DNA of 64,000 bases from Chrysomallon squamiferum (GCA_012295275.1 CM022667.1:19716001-19780000); one strand, 5' to 3'; shown: positions 38,209 to 50,904, numbered from the stretch's first letter. Notes: generated from the sequence alone by a model not told the origin. Translations and numbers: made by a program.

Positions 38209-39878
38209 TTAATAACGTCGAAGCATTTTCTTCTGTTGTTTTGACAGAGGGTAGTCTGGATTCACGTAAAGAATGTCTAACAGTTCACAAATCTCACGCT
38301 GAACTTTAAAACTCTTTGCTTTCTCTTTGTTTATTTTACTCCAGCGACGTTCGTTACACATATTTCGGAAATGGTTTTCATAGCCTGAACCAGCAAGTCT
38401 GAAAATAAAGTAATTTTTTATTTAATTTCTGATACAATTTGTAATTTACAATGTCTTACTAATCCGAGCAAACGGCAATTCCTTAACAAACACCAAAACA
38501 ATTTGCTTTATGTCTTAAACAAAGAAAAAGAAAAATAATTTCTGTAAAATAATGTTGGTACTTCTGCCGCATGTGTGAAAATCTTGTTAATAAATAAATA
38601 TCAGTAAATAAACTAATCTCTGTTTTATAAATTACGGTATCGTGTTTTACTAGATTTCTTAACTTTAATGATGAGTTTCATTACTGAGAAAAGAAGGGGA
38701 GAGGGTCAAGGAAAACATGGAGATAGGTTTTTTATCGTTTTTTTTTTTTTAAATATTACTGTTAGTTGTAATGTACTAATTTTAATACATATATTGTGTT
38801 ATACACAGACGAAATTAATATCTATTTTCCCTCTGAAGTGTGTTATTTGTGTAGAATGTAGTCAGTTTGACGGACCTTCTTTTTAGTTTTTGTAAAGAGG
38901 AACTAATGGAGTAACGTCTGCAAATGTCCCCATCTTTCCTGTCATTGGTTGACTTGACCAATCCGGGCCTTTGTTAACCTCATTTTCCATGTCTTCATCT
39001 GGATGAAGATGTTTAGGAATCCTGTACGAAGTACACATCTCACGTAAAGTAAGCATATCCACTTCAGACATTAATTTCTTCTTCTTGGCTTCAAGAGCAC
39101 AGTGTACAATCTGAATAAATCGAGAAACACCAAACTGAAACTTACTGTCGTCTTTTAACATTCAGAATGAATGTTTAACGATGTCTGAGTACCACACGGT
39201 AGAAAATACAGCAATCGCAGACGAAACGAAAATGTAATAAAGATTGTATGAAGTTATGACGCCCAATACAGGTAAAAGCAAAACACTTATTATTTTATTT
39301 ATTTTATTTTATTTTATTTTATTTTATTTCTTTCTAAGTTTTATTGTTATCTTTTGTACTAAACTGACAAGAAAATAATTATAAAAAACCTACAGTGTAA
39401 ATAAGAATCCCACCTGTATGTCAAACATAGGAAGAATGTCAACTCCATAAATGTTGAAAAATGTTGCACATTTCCACCCACAGTCGTGAACTACCTAAAA
39501 TTGAACAATATTTATTTTTAATTTAATTATTGATTTTCGTCATTATCATCATCATCATTATACTACTACTACTACTACTACTACTACTTACTACTACTAC
39601 TGCCTCGATAATTATGTAGATGTATGATACAGTAATCACAGTCTGATCCTAACAAGGAACCACGGGACGCTGATTTCGGTTGCTAGCTGGGTTGGGAATC
39701 GCTGATATATAGACAGGAATGTTCGGTCTATAAGAGTACACACCCCTCGACACCACGGCACGCACACAGAGATAAGTTTTATTATTCTGATGATACACAA
39801 ATATGCACACATTTTAATATTTAATATTATCAACTACAAATGCAGAAACAGCAACTAATGGTACATTACCTGAATTTT

Positions 39879-39921
<43 letters not shown>

Positions 39922-40983
39922 CATTAATAGAAGCAAAATCACTAATGAATTTTTATAATAAAATAATAAATAAATAAATAAGGATTTGCGGACAAAGAAC
40001 TGCTTAACATTGGCTTCATTTATAATTGCTCACAAAATATTTGAATAAAATTATTCGATTTAAAGGGGAGAAAATCGGAGAAACAAGTATCAGTGAAATT
40101 TAACCTTATTTTTGGTAACATATTATGAATATGCTATTATTTACTTGTTTAAATTGTGTCATAATTGCATTTATTTATAAAAGACTAAAATAATCTCATC
40201 AATAAAATCAAAATCACTGCAGTCCGAAATTTATATGCAATATAAATGTATATAAACTGATGACGTAATCAAAATCAGGAAACGGAAACAATTCTAATCC
40301 ATTTGTCTGATGTGACGTACTTTAGTTTAGAATAAATAGCTTGACAACGGCAACAATGAATTTCACTGAATTTCAGACGCCGAAGTGTAAACATGTTTAG
40401 CATGAAAAACTGGAGTTGAAATTGTGAAACATTCAAAAAATCAGCAACAGGACTTTTAAGAAACTGTACAAATTCAACGCTTTGCGTAAATCGTTAACAA
40501 AAACCGAAAGAGAATCAACATCGATCGAAGTAACGATGACTGAGAAAGCGTGTCAACTCCGAGAGAAGAGAGCCGAGAAACTTCAAACGGGACTCGTCAG
40601 CGAGATGAACCGGAATGTGGAAGCAAGGAAAAGATAACTGACCAGTTCAGCCTTTTCATTTCGATTAGTGCGTTGTGGCAACCCGAAAGAGACTCACGAC
40701 AGAAATCGCGCTAACTATCCAACTAGCACATTTATCCGGCCAAAAGGTGGCCCACATCTGGTCTCCTGATGCCAGCTCTGGGTCAGACGAGGGCCACATA
40801 AATGTGCTAGGTGTAGACCTGCATAGCAACCGGTATTGAACTCGTACAGATACAGAAATACTTACTTCATACAAACATAAATACAAACAAATGTGTATGT
40901 GTGTGTACGTGTGTGTGTGTGTCGACACATACACACACATTTGTTTGTATTTATTTTTGTATGAAGAGACTAAATATACATAC

Positions 40984-41014
<31 letters not shown>

Positions 41015-42743
41015 TACGTGTAGACAGTCATGATACAAACATAAATACATACATATCCACACACATTCATACATACAATGTGTCTGTGTATGTATCAATG
41101 TGTGTAGGTAAGTACGTATATTTTTGTATTTATGTTTGATTCATGTCTGTCTGTATGTGTTTATATGTATTTAATGTATGCATGTACGTATACACGTGTA
41201 TGTTAACATATACAAAGACAAACTAAAATTTGTACATATACAGATGTGTGTGCATATGTCTGAATTTGTTTGTATCGCGTCTCTGTTTATGTGTGTATCG
41301 TGTCTGTTTATGTTTGTATCATGTCTCTGTTTATGTGTATCGTGTCTCTGTTTATGTTTGTATCGTGTCTGTTTATGTGTGTATCCTGTCTCTGTTTATG
41401 TGTGTATCGTGTCTGTTTATGTGTGTAGTTGTGTCACGGTGACTAGTCTGAGTCGCGTTACTACCTATAATTTGTCTCGTTGCGTCTAAAGGGTAGCAGA
41501 CTACAATAGCGTCACGTGACACGGTGTTAATTATCTGAGACAGCTTAAACTATTCTGAATCCACTAGAGAACAATAAACACAAACAAGAATTCGATATGG
41601 AAAATTGTTTATATATATTACATAAAGGGTAGCATGCAGTTGAAAACGTGTGCCGACTACTTGTATAACGATCGCTCGGGCGTTCAGTATACACCTCTGC
41701 AGACAGCCTTTCTGAATGTAGTTTGCAATTTTAATGCCCATTTTGAGTTTGTTAATTCCAATATTTCTTAATTTATAAAATAACGGAACTTCTCCTAGTT
41801 ACATAAAACAGCTTCTAAACAGCCCGTGGACGTCTGCATACGCTCTGATATTTTGTTTTTGTGTTTTTACCCCCATTTTCTGCCATTAATTAGGTAAACA
41901 TTTAAGAACTGTAAACATATAAATTATAAACGTGATTATACACGATAGCTTAATAAATATTACCGTAATATAATAATATACTTAAGATAAAATGTAGCAG
42001 ACATTCTGCTTTAAATGGGCATATAAAAATAAGTGTTTTGTAAAATAATATATATTTCACTATATAGCATACAAAATCATGACTAAAAACAAGCCTGGCA
42101 AGGAGGCAAGGAGGCACTAATGAGGTTCCGTCAAAATATGTGTATATATAAATATATAAAGATGCATTCTCGTAATACAGACACACATCCATACACATAC
42201 AAATATGTATATCAATATACTGTTTTGCATACATACAAACACATGCACGTACACATACAAATACAAAAAAGACAATAAAGAAACCCACAATCATATGCAT
42301 ACAGAGTTGTAAACAGGACAGACACAGAGAAAAGTTCATAGACAAACCCACTTAAAGAAACAATGTACACACTGACATTCGGGTATGAACGTACATACAC
42401 ACGTACTGACACACGTATGTACAAACTCACAGACATACTTACATAGTGAATACACAGACATAAAAGTACAAACACACACACACATATATATATATACTAA
42501 CACATATCTACATATGTATGTACATATACTCAATCATGGACACACACACACACACACACACAAATAACATACATAAAAACAGACATACTTATATACTTAA
42601 CAATCACATACAGACATACATATACATAGACCCGAATACAAATCGACAAAAATGTATGTGCAGATATAGACGTGTACATATAGGCCTATATGCGCATATA
42701 CTTAGTCAAATACATACTTTCGTGTATATATATAATACATAGA

Positions 42744-42806
<63 letters not shown>

Positions 42807-43125
42807 GACATGCATGTATAAAATACACATACACAAAGAAACACACAAACCACACTTTAATTATAAAATCTATAATAAATTTACTCGGCTTGCTTACTTT
42901 TACGACACGCACATCGTCGAGAAGTTCGAGTAATCCGCTGTGATGCATGATCGCTGGTTCCCAGAGAATGTCAAACTCGTACACTTTTTTGTCCCACGTG
43001 CAGGCTCGAACGAGCGATAGTTGTTCGGAATCAGTCACTTTACAGTCTAAAAACACGACTTTTGATTTCTTCAGTGTCTTTATCACTGATTTAGCTTTTT
43101 GAAGAGTATAAATCGGTTCTGCCAT
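38209..43125 (-). CDS. EXD1/Egalitarian-like DEDD 3'-5' exonuclease-domain protein, copy A (1-nt frameshift near end of exon 3)
   Basis: Exons 43125-42898, 39494-39414, 39110-38876, 38398-38209. Motifs VVFLDCK..LSLV..CTWDKKVYEFDIL..GLLELLDDVRVVK|VVHDC..YGV..MFDIQ..W..QPMT..ADV.PLVPLY match the EXD1-type exonuclease domain. An A5 run at ~38887-38891 gives a premature TAA; A6 restores frame into exon 4. Probable 5'UTR exons at ~43492-43517 and from 43633 upward. Confidence 0.78.
40060..40459. mobile_element. Possible TTAA-bounded non-autonomous DNA transposon in EXD1-like intron 1 (copy at ~50042-50425)
   Basis: Begins TTAA|AGGGG and ends GGACTT|TTAA, resembling Kolobok-type ends, but the TIRs do not match well. 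Confidence 0.3.
40723..40810. mobile_element. Short hairpin MITE-like element
   Basis: Perfect 13-bp inverted repeat CTAGCACATTTAT ... ATAAATGTGCTAG around a GC-rich core with internal GGCC..CTGG repeats. Confidence 0.55.
41265..41425. repeat. 20-22-bp minisatellite (TGTTTATGTGTGTATCGTGTC[TC]); counterpart at ~51241-51400; flanked by CA/TG microsatellite tracts
   Basis: About 7-8 tandem units visible; unit composition differs between the duplicate copies. Confidence 0.85.
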
Positions 43126-46100
43126 TTTGCTGAAATACAGATTTTTTTTTTTTTTTTTAAAGAAAAACTTCTTTTTATCTTCAAATTATAATTAGATTAT
43201 AATAGTTTAGCAGAATTTTTTTTTTTAATTCTGGCGTGCTTTTATCCAGTTTTACTTATTCACAAACAGATATCTTATATATGTTTTGAACATTTGGAAA
43301 TAAATGTTTACATTCTATTTAAAATAACAAACATTAGAAGGGAAATTTATGATTGGAAGATAGATTTCAAATAAACAATAGAACAAAATTTTGCTTATTA
43401 AATTTGATCACAAACATAAATGAATATCGAGGCATAAAAATTGAAATGCAAAAGCAATCGCGTTGACTTTTTAAAAATAGAATTTACTTACGTTCAGGAG
43501 TAAAATCACAGCTGAACCTGTAATGTTTGATCTGTTTTAGCTTTTAAAACAAAGACACTCCAGCAAAATAACGAAAAAAAAAAATGTATTAATCATCGTA
43601 ACATACGAGGCTGAAATTTGATAATGTCTTACCTTTTTTGTTGCAGAACTGATTTTTAAACACGATTCTTTTGAAAATGTGTACACGACTGACTGCACAC
43701 TCGACAACATTCAGCGTCTTAAACCGCAGCTAACATTTACAGTTCAGTTCAAAATTGTCAACCCGCTATCAGTAGTTTCTTGGAACTTGTTTATACAGCC
43801 TTTGTAGTCTGGTAATAAATATTAAGTCTTATTGTGTTACGCATCTTTTGCAACGAATAAACAAGTCTGAACAGTCTCGCCAGTCTGCCGCTATGTTGTG
43901 AATACAACCCATTGAAATAAGAAGTATTTACTATTTTCAGTACATTTTATTTTTATTTTATATTTTCTAATAAGCGGTTAGGCCTATACATTAACTGCTG
44001 AGAAATAAAGTGTTACTCTGAACTAAAGGGAGGTGCACTGAAATCATTATTACTGTCAGAACGAGAAAAAAAAAAAAAATTAATTACCTTTCATCTCGCA
44101 CGTTAATTCCGGAACAGAAACTGCACGTCGTCATACAAATGGCGACCAGAAAAATAGTCACCTTCGACGACTCAGCAAGTGTAGATTTTTTATACTTTAA
44201 AATATGCTCATAAAGATGTAATCGTCTTTCAAGAACACATTAAACTGAGAAACGCAACAACACACAAACATACATACACCAAAACCCCAGGAATGCGTAC
44301 TCCAGTTTAAAAAAAACACACAAAAAAACTGAAATAAACTGATTGACGCATTTTGAATGTTTGTTTTCCTGAGAAATAATCATTTGATCGGTTCTAATCA
44401 TTCTATATCTCAACAATGTTTTCAGTAAAGCCGATTAAGTGTTTTTCGTAAATTAATCGAATATGTTTTTTATATTTTTTTTTTTTTTTTTATTACGTAC
44501 AGCTATTACCATTCATTGTCACTCACATATTCAGTAACATACAATTCCAGAAACTTCGACTGTTGAATTAACCAATACTGGATTCCTAACATTGTTTTGC
44601 AAAATATTGGTACATAATCTAAGACTGGTATACTTCGTTTTTAGTAAAGTCTTTGATATATATATATATATATATAATCTAGTCCTTGAATACAGACAAA
44701 GGGCCATAATCCTTGCTGTCAGATAATGGCATGTATTTTCCTGTTTTTATGGATACAGTATCAGTTTGCTAATAGGTAGGTAGGAAGGAGTGACAGGTTT
44801 TTTTTTCCTAATTAATTTATAACAGTAAACGAATTTTAAGACACAGGTAATTCAAGACACAAGTCGTCAGATTTTTCAAGAGTATATATATCTTTATTAT
44901 TATTGTATCAGTCAACTGAAAAACACACTGGCCACGCCCCAGTGAGCCGATGTGCTCGGGCAAGAAACAGTTAACTTTATGAAGTTATTTCAGGTATTGT
45001 TAGAATCGTTACCGGGTATATTGTGTCGTTCGTGTATTTACTCTGTTGTTAATAATACAGTTTACGTCGGGTAAATATGATCAAAGCCTGTCTTGGATGA
45101 TACGAAGAAACAGTATTGTTTTATTTGTAGCTGAGATGCCACAGACTGCTTCTGATGAACTGACTAGTTCTGCAAGTTTCTTTTACGCTTCAAACATGTT
45201 AAACATAAATAAATTCGAGCCGTTTTTTTTCTAAGTAACAATCCGATTTTCCGGATTTCTTAGTGAAACTGGAAATAATACATAAATATATTCGTCATAA
45301 AACTTTCATACGATTAACTGATAATAAGTATGATTATGTACAAATTGATGCTAATGGAGAGATAATACAATTCTACATGAATTTCATTCGAGGGTTTAAA
45401 TAAGTAAATAAATAAATAAATAAATAGTATTATTTTACCGTTCGTAGCCAGAGATACAGACTAACCACACTGATTAACTGACTAAAAATCATTCGGCGAA
45501 ATGGCTCAGTTTGTTTTAAGGTAAGGATTTAAAGGCAAACTCTGTAGAAAGCTCATTTTACTGTTACACAACAAACTTTATGCAGTCGACATTCTGCATG
45601 AAGAATAGGCTTGGCCAGATTTGTAAGCAGACCCTAGTTGCTTAAAGTTATCACTTTTATGTAGACTTTTTAATAAAATAAATCACAGTAATATATGTTT
45701 ATAAAGTTCTGGTTTATTATTGTCTTTTTAACATGATTTTTTTTCTTCCCTTTGTCATCGTCATCAACCGACATTGTTATATAAATTTATTTTATTTTTA
45801 AATTTATTTTTATTCTTCTAAATTCAAATATAAAATGTATATATCTGTTGTAATCATCTGTATTTGTTCGGTCATCATTGACGACACGTTCACATATCAC
45901 AAGAGTAAAGAAAATATAAATTAAATTGCTGCCCATCAACTCAAGTCAGAATCACGATAAGGAATAATGTAAAATATTAAAAATAAATACAATAATCTCC
46001 CCGCTATTAATATCGATATTTTTAAATTACGTCCTAGAGAATACACCACACCCAGGCATGTTACCTGGACGCCTGTACGTCCAGCGTTCTTTGATTAATG

Positions 46101-46188
46101 AACTGCTCAGAGTTTGTGACAAGAATAACGCAGGTGTGTGTCTTGCGATAAATAAGTTAACATCTGCACGCCACTTACACGCTGCCTC

Positions 46189-47272
46189 TCAGCATGCACT
46201 GCTTCTCAACATCATTCTGCCTGTGTCTGCAACTTTCAGAGCCTTCATGTTCTGCTTCTTCTTCGCCTTCCACTCCTCGAATGATATTTGACGAGGCGCT
46301 CGTCGTTTTAACTTTTCTTCCTCAATTTTGTTTAATTCTTCCATGCTGGCCTGCAAAATTTCTTTCATCAGTTGTTTTCGCTGTTCCGTGTGCTCCATCC
46401 ATTCGTCGTACGAAATGGCCATAGTTAATAGCTGTTGTCTCTTTTTTTCCAGTTTCTCTTTCTTAAGTCTGATATCCTCTTTCGTTTCTCGGTCTTTCTC
46501 CTGATTCCGGTATTTCTTGCACCATTCTTTATAAGCCTTTGCATAATTACTTGCATCTACGTCCTCCGTTGTGTTTTGCAGTGCAATGTCTGTTGTGATT
46601 AACCCCTTCACTGGCCTGTTTTTCATTCGATAAAGATCTTTTACTGTAACGTGTTCCGAACCACGCCTAGCTCTCTCCCTCTGGCGCTTCATCCATTCAG
46701 CAAACGCTTTTGCGTTTCTTTCTTCTCTTTCACTGTCGCTGTCGTCAGAATCGGATTCTTCACTCCCTTGCCTTTCTTCTCTGCGTTTTCTTTGCAGCCA
46801 CTCATCAAAAGTTTCTTGCCTTCTGTTTGGAAACAAATCCCTTTCAAATTTCTTCTGGGTTTCCGCTAATATCAATCTCCGTTTCTTTGTTTTCCACGAC
46901 TCGTTTCTGCTCTGTCTTGACAGAAGCAGCTTACTTCCAGGAGGACGTGGTTTTAGCTGTGAATGCTGCTGAAAGTCCGGCGCAGTTTGCACACTCCTCT
47001 CATCACAACTGCTCCCGACAGACGAGTCCTTACCCAAGTCCGGAACAGACACGAACGACACGTGACTTTCACGTTCACTCTGGCCAAGATGACTCTTAAC
47101 ACTGTCACCGCAACAGGTTGAAGTTTCCACCGAACTATTGTTTTCTTCGTTCCTCTTCTTGAGAATGGACTGATGTGACTGCCGAAAACCCTTTCTGCCG
47201 GGTTCCTGTCTGTTAATTGCACAAGTGATAAGACGCGTTCCTGTATCTCCCCAGCTGATTACTGGCTTTCCA
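46189..47272 (-). pseudogene. Orphan 3' fragment of the ankyrin/coiled-coil gene created by the duplication
   Basis: Open frame nearly identical to 56150-57233 but cut at the duplication junction; lacks the upstream exon, splice acceptor and promoter. Confidence 0.85.
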
Positions 47273-47628
47273 ATTTTTGGAGAAAGTCAGATTTACATAA
47301 TTTGTGTTAATGTGTTTTACACTTAGTCAGTAAATAATCAGAAATTTAATGTAAGTATAAAAAGATGTTTGGGGAAACAGTTAAAAATCAGAGAAGCAGA
47401 TATTTGTTCCCGATTTCTGGAAGCATTCAATGAGACTGAGCAATGCAATGTTCGACCTACCAGAGAATAAATTTTAATTTTAATTTATATACACTTGAAA
47501 CGACTGTATATTAGTAAAATTAGTGTAATATATATATATATTTCTACAGTAAAGAGAGAATTATAATTTCGTTGGAAGTATGCTTGTTGTGTTTTATTAA
47601 GTTAATGTAATTTCATTATTTTGACTAG

Positions 47629-47743
47629 GATCACCTTAGGCAATCAGGTAGAAGGAGTGCGGCTAAAAGACCCAGATGTGGTGAAAGCTTTCAGAGAACA
47701 CTATCCTGACGGTAACTGCATGGGACCTCCGAAAGACAGGTGA
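47629..47743 (+). other. METTL3: Duplicated, intact terminal coding exon of METTL3 with acceptor and 3'UTR
   Basis: TTTGACTAG|GATCACCTTAGGC...GACAGGTGA; identical peptide to 37480-37594 (one synonymous CCT/CCA difference). Confidence 0.9.
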
Positions 47744-48221
47744 CAGGGCTAGATCACAGGATTTTCACCAAGCAGACAATCAACATGAATTTCACACTGA
47801 TGTAACTGACAGACACTGTTAGAAACAAGCCTCACATGACAAGTTGACGTCTAAGTCATATTCTGCAGTGACAATGTCATGACATACTGACATATTGAAA
47901 GACTTGAAAAATACACAACACTGAAACAGTTTGTGACAATTGAATACATTCACATTAAAGTTTTTATACAAAACAGCATGGTTAATGTATTATATTGTCT
48001 GTAAAAAAATCACCCTTTTGTTAGTACATTGTAAATTAAAATGCTCTGGTTTATTTCTTAAATAACTGCTAATTGCAACCACATTTAGTTTATAATAAAA
48101 ATATAGCATCCAGATTGAATATAGGAATTATTGTTTTGCAGATAGAAAATAATAAAGAACAAATGAAACGTTTCTATGCAAAATATGCAAAACATGCATA
48201 TGATTGTCTGCTGATGTACAG

Positions 48222-49861
48222 TTAACGTTGAAGCATTTTCTTCTGTTGTTTTGACAGAGGGTAGTTTGGCTTCACGTAAAGAATTTCTAACAGTTCACTA
48301 ATCTCACGCTGAACTCTAAAACTCTTTGCTTTCTCTTTGTTTATTTTACTCCAGCGACATTCGTTACACATATTTCGGAAATGGTTTTCATAGCCTGAAC
48401 CAGCGAGTCTGAAAATAAAGTAATTTTTTATTTAATTTCTGATACAATTTGTAATTCATAATGTCTTACTAATCCGAGCAAACGGCAATTCCTTAACAAA
48501 CACCAAAACAATTTGCTTTATGTCTTAAACAAAGAAAAAGAAAAATAATTTCTGTAAAATAATGTTGGTACTTCTGCCGCATGTGTGAAAATCTTGTTAA
48601 TAAATAAATATCAGTAAATAAACTAATCTCTGTTTTATAAATTACGGTATCGTTTTTTACTAGATTTCTTAACTTTAATGATGAGTTTCATTACTGAGAA
48701 AAGAAGGGGAGAGGGTCAAGGAAAACATGGAGATAGGTTTTTTATCGTTTTTTTTTTTTAAATATTAATGTTAGTTGTAATGTACTAATTTTAATACATA
48801 TATTGTGTTATCCACAGACGAAATTAATATCTATTTTCCCTCTGAAGTGTGTTATTTGTGTAGAATGTAGTCAGTTTAACGGACCTTGTTTTTAGTATTG
48901 CGTAAAGAGGAACTAATGGAGTAACGTCCATGGCTGCAACCATCAACATCTTTCCTTTGTTAACCTCATTTTCCATTTCTTCATCTGGATGTGTACAAAC
49001 CTTGTATTTTTTACACATTTTACTTAAAGAACGCTCCTCCACACTAGACATTGTTGTCGTTTTCTCCTTGGCGTCAAGGGCACGTTGTGCAATCTGAATA
49101 AATCGAGAAACACCAAACTGAAACTTACTGTCGTCTGTTAACATTCAGAATGAATGTTTAACGATGTCTGAGTACCACACGGTAGTAAATACAGCAATCG
49201 CAGACGAAACGAAAATGTAATAAAGATTGTATGAAGTTATGACGCCCAATACAGGTGAAAGCAAAACACTTATTATTTTATTTATTTTATTTTATTTTAT
49301 TTTATTTTATTTCTTTCTAAGTTTTATTGTTGTCTTTTGTACTAAACTGACAAGAAAATAATTATAAAAAACCTACAGTGTAAATAAGAATCCCACCTGT
49401 ATGTCAAACATAGGAAGAATGTCAACTCCATAAAGGTTGAAAAATGTTGCACATTTCCACCCACAGTCGTGAACTACCTAAAATTGAACAATATTTATTT
49501 TTAATTTAATTATTGATTTTCGTCATTATCATCATCATCATTATACTACTACTACTACTACTACTACTACTTACTACTACTACTGCCTCGATAATTATGT
49601 AGATGTATGATACAGTAATCACAGTCTGATCCTAACAAGGAACCACAGGACGCTGATTTCGGTTGCTAGCTGGGTTGGGAATCGCTGATATATAGACAGG
49701 AATGTTCGGTCTATAAGAGTACACACCCCTCGACACCACGGCACGCACACAGAGATAAGTTTTGTTATTCTGATGATACACAAATATGCACACATTTTAA
49801 TATTTAATATTATCAACTACAAATGCAAAACAGCAACTAATGGTACATTACCTGAATTTAT

Positions 49862-49895
<34 letters not shown>

Positions 49896-50861
49896 CATTA
49901 ATAGAAGCAAAATCACTAATGAATTTTTATAATAAAATAATAAATAAATAAATAAATAAATAAGGATTTGTGGACAAAGAACTGCTTAACATTGGCTTCA
50001 TTTATAATTGCTCACAAAATATTTGAATAAAATTATCCGATTTAAAGGGGAGAAAATCGGAGAAACAAGCATCAGTGAAATTTAATCTTATTTTTGGTAA
50101 CATATTATGAATATGCTATTATTTACTTGTTTAAATTGTGTCATAATTGCATTTATTTATAAAAGACTAAAATAATCTCATCAATAAAATCAAAATCACT
50201 GCAGTCCAAAATTTATATGCAGTATAAATGTATATAAACTGATGACGTAATGCAAAATCAGGAAACGGAAACAATTCTAATCCATTTGTCTGATGTGACG
50301 TACTTTAGTTTAGAATAAATAGCTTGACAACGGTAACAATGAATTTCACTGAATTTCAGACGTCTAACATGAAAAACTGGAGTTGAAATTGTGAAACATT
50401 CAAGAAATCAGCAACAGGACTTATAAGAAACTGTACAAATTCAACGCTTTGCGTAAATCGTTAACAAAAACCGAAAGAGAATCAACATCGATCGAAGTAA
50501 CGATGACTGAGAAAGCGTGTCGACTCCGAAAGAACAGAGAGCCGAGAAACTTCAAACGGGACACTTCAGATAGATGAACCGGAATGTGGAAGGAAGGAAA
50601 AGATAACTGACCAGTTCAGCCTTTTCATTTCGATTAGTGCGTTGTGGCAACCCGAAAGAGACTCACGACAGAAATCGCGCTAACTATCCAACTAGCACAT
50701 TTATCCGGCCAAAAGGTGGCCCACATCTGGTCTCCTGATGCCAGCTCTGGGTCAGACGAGGGCCACATAAATGTGCTAGGTGTAGACCTGCATAGCAACC
50801 GGTATTGAACTCGTACAGATACAGAAATACATACTTCATACAAACATAAATACAAACAAAT

Positions 50862-50904
<43 letters not shown>

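Larger units (their letters stand above)
37127..47272 (+). repeat. Tandem segmental duplication, copy 1 (~10.1 kb)
   Basis: Starts AAGTCAGATTTACATAATTTGTG in the last METTL3 intron and ends ..ACTGGCTTTCCA. Colinear and near-identical to 47284-57233. Confidence 0.97.

Noticed and set aside
41265-41425. Regularly spaced repeats resembling a CRISPR array
   Set aside because: Head-to-tail minisatellite with no unique spacers, in eukaryotic intronic DNA with no cas genes.
40665-42742. Many ORFs rich in CV/HT/YI dipeptides (also 50634-52860 and 19364-19965)
   Set aside because: They are translations of CA/TG/TA microsatellites and a minisatellite, not genes.
46058-47099. Plus-strand ORFs antisense to the coiled-coil exon (also 56019-57060)
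   Set aside because: Shadow ORFs of the purine-rich minus-strand coding sequence, with no splice or homology support.
47272-47282. AATTTTTGGAG resembles a U2 snRNA Sm site
   Set aside because: No other snRNA sequence nearby; fully explained by the exact local template at 57803-57817.
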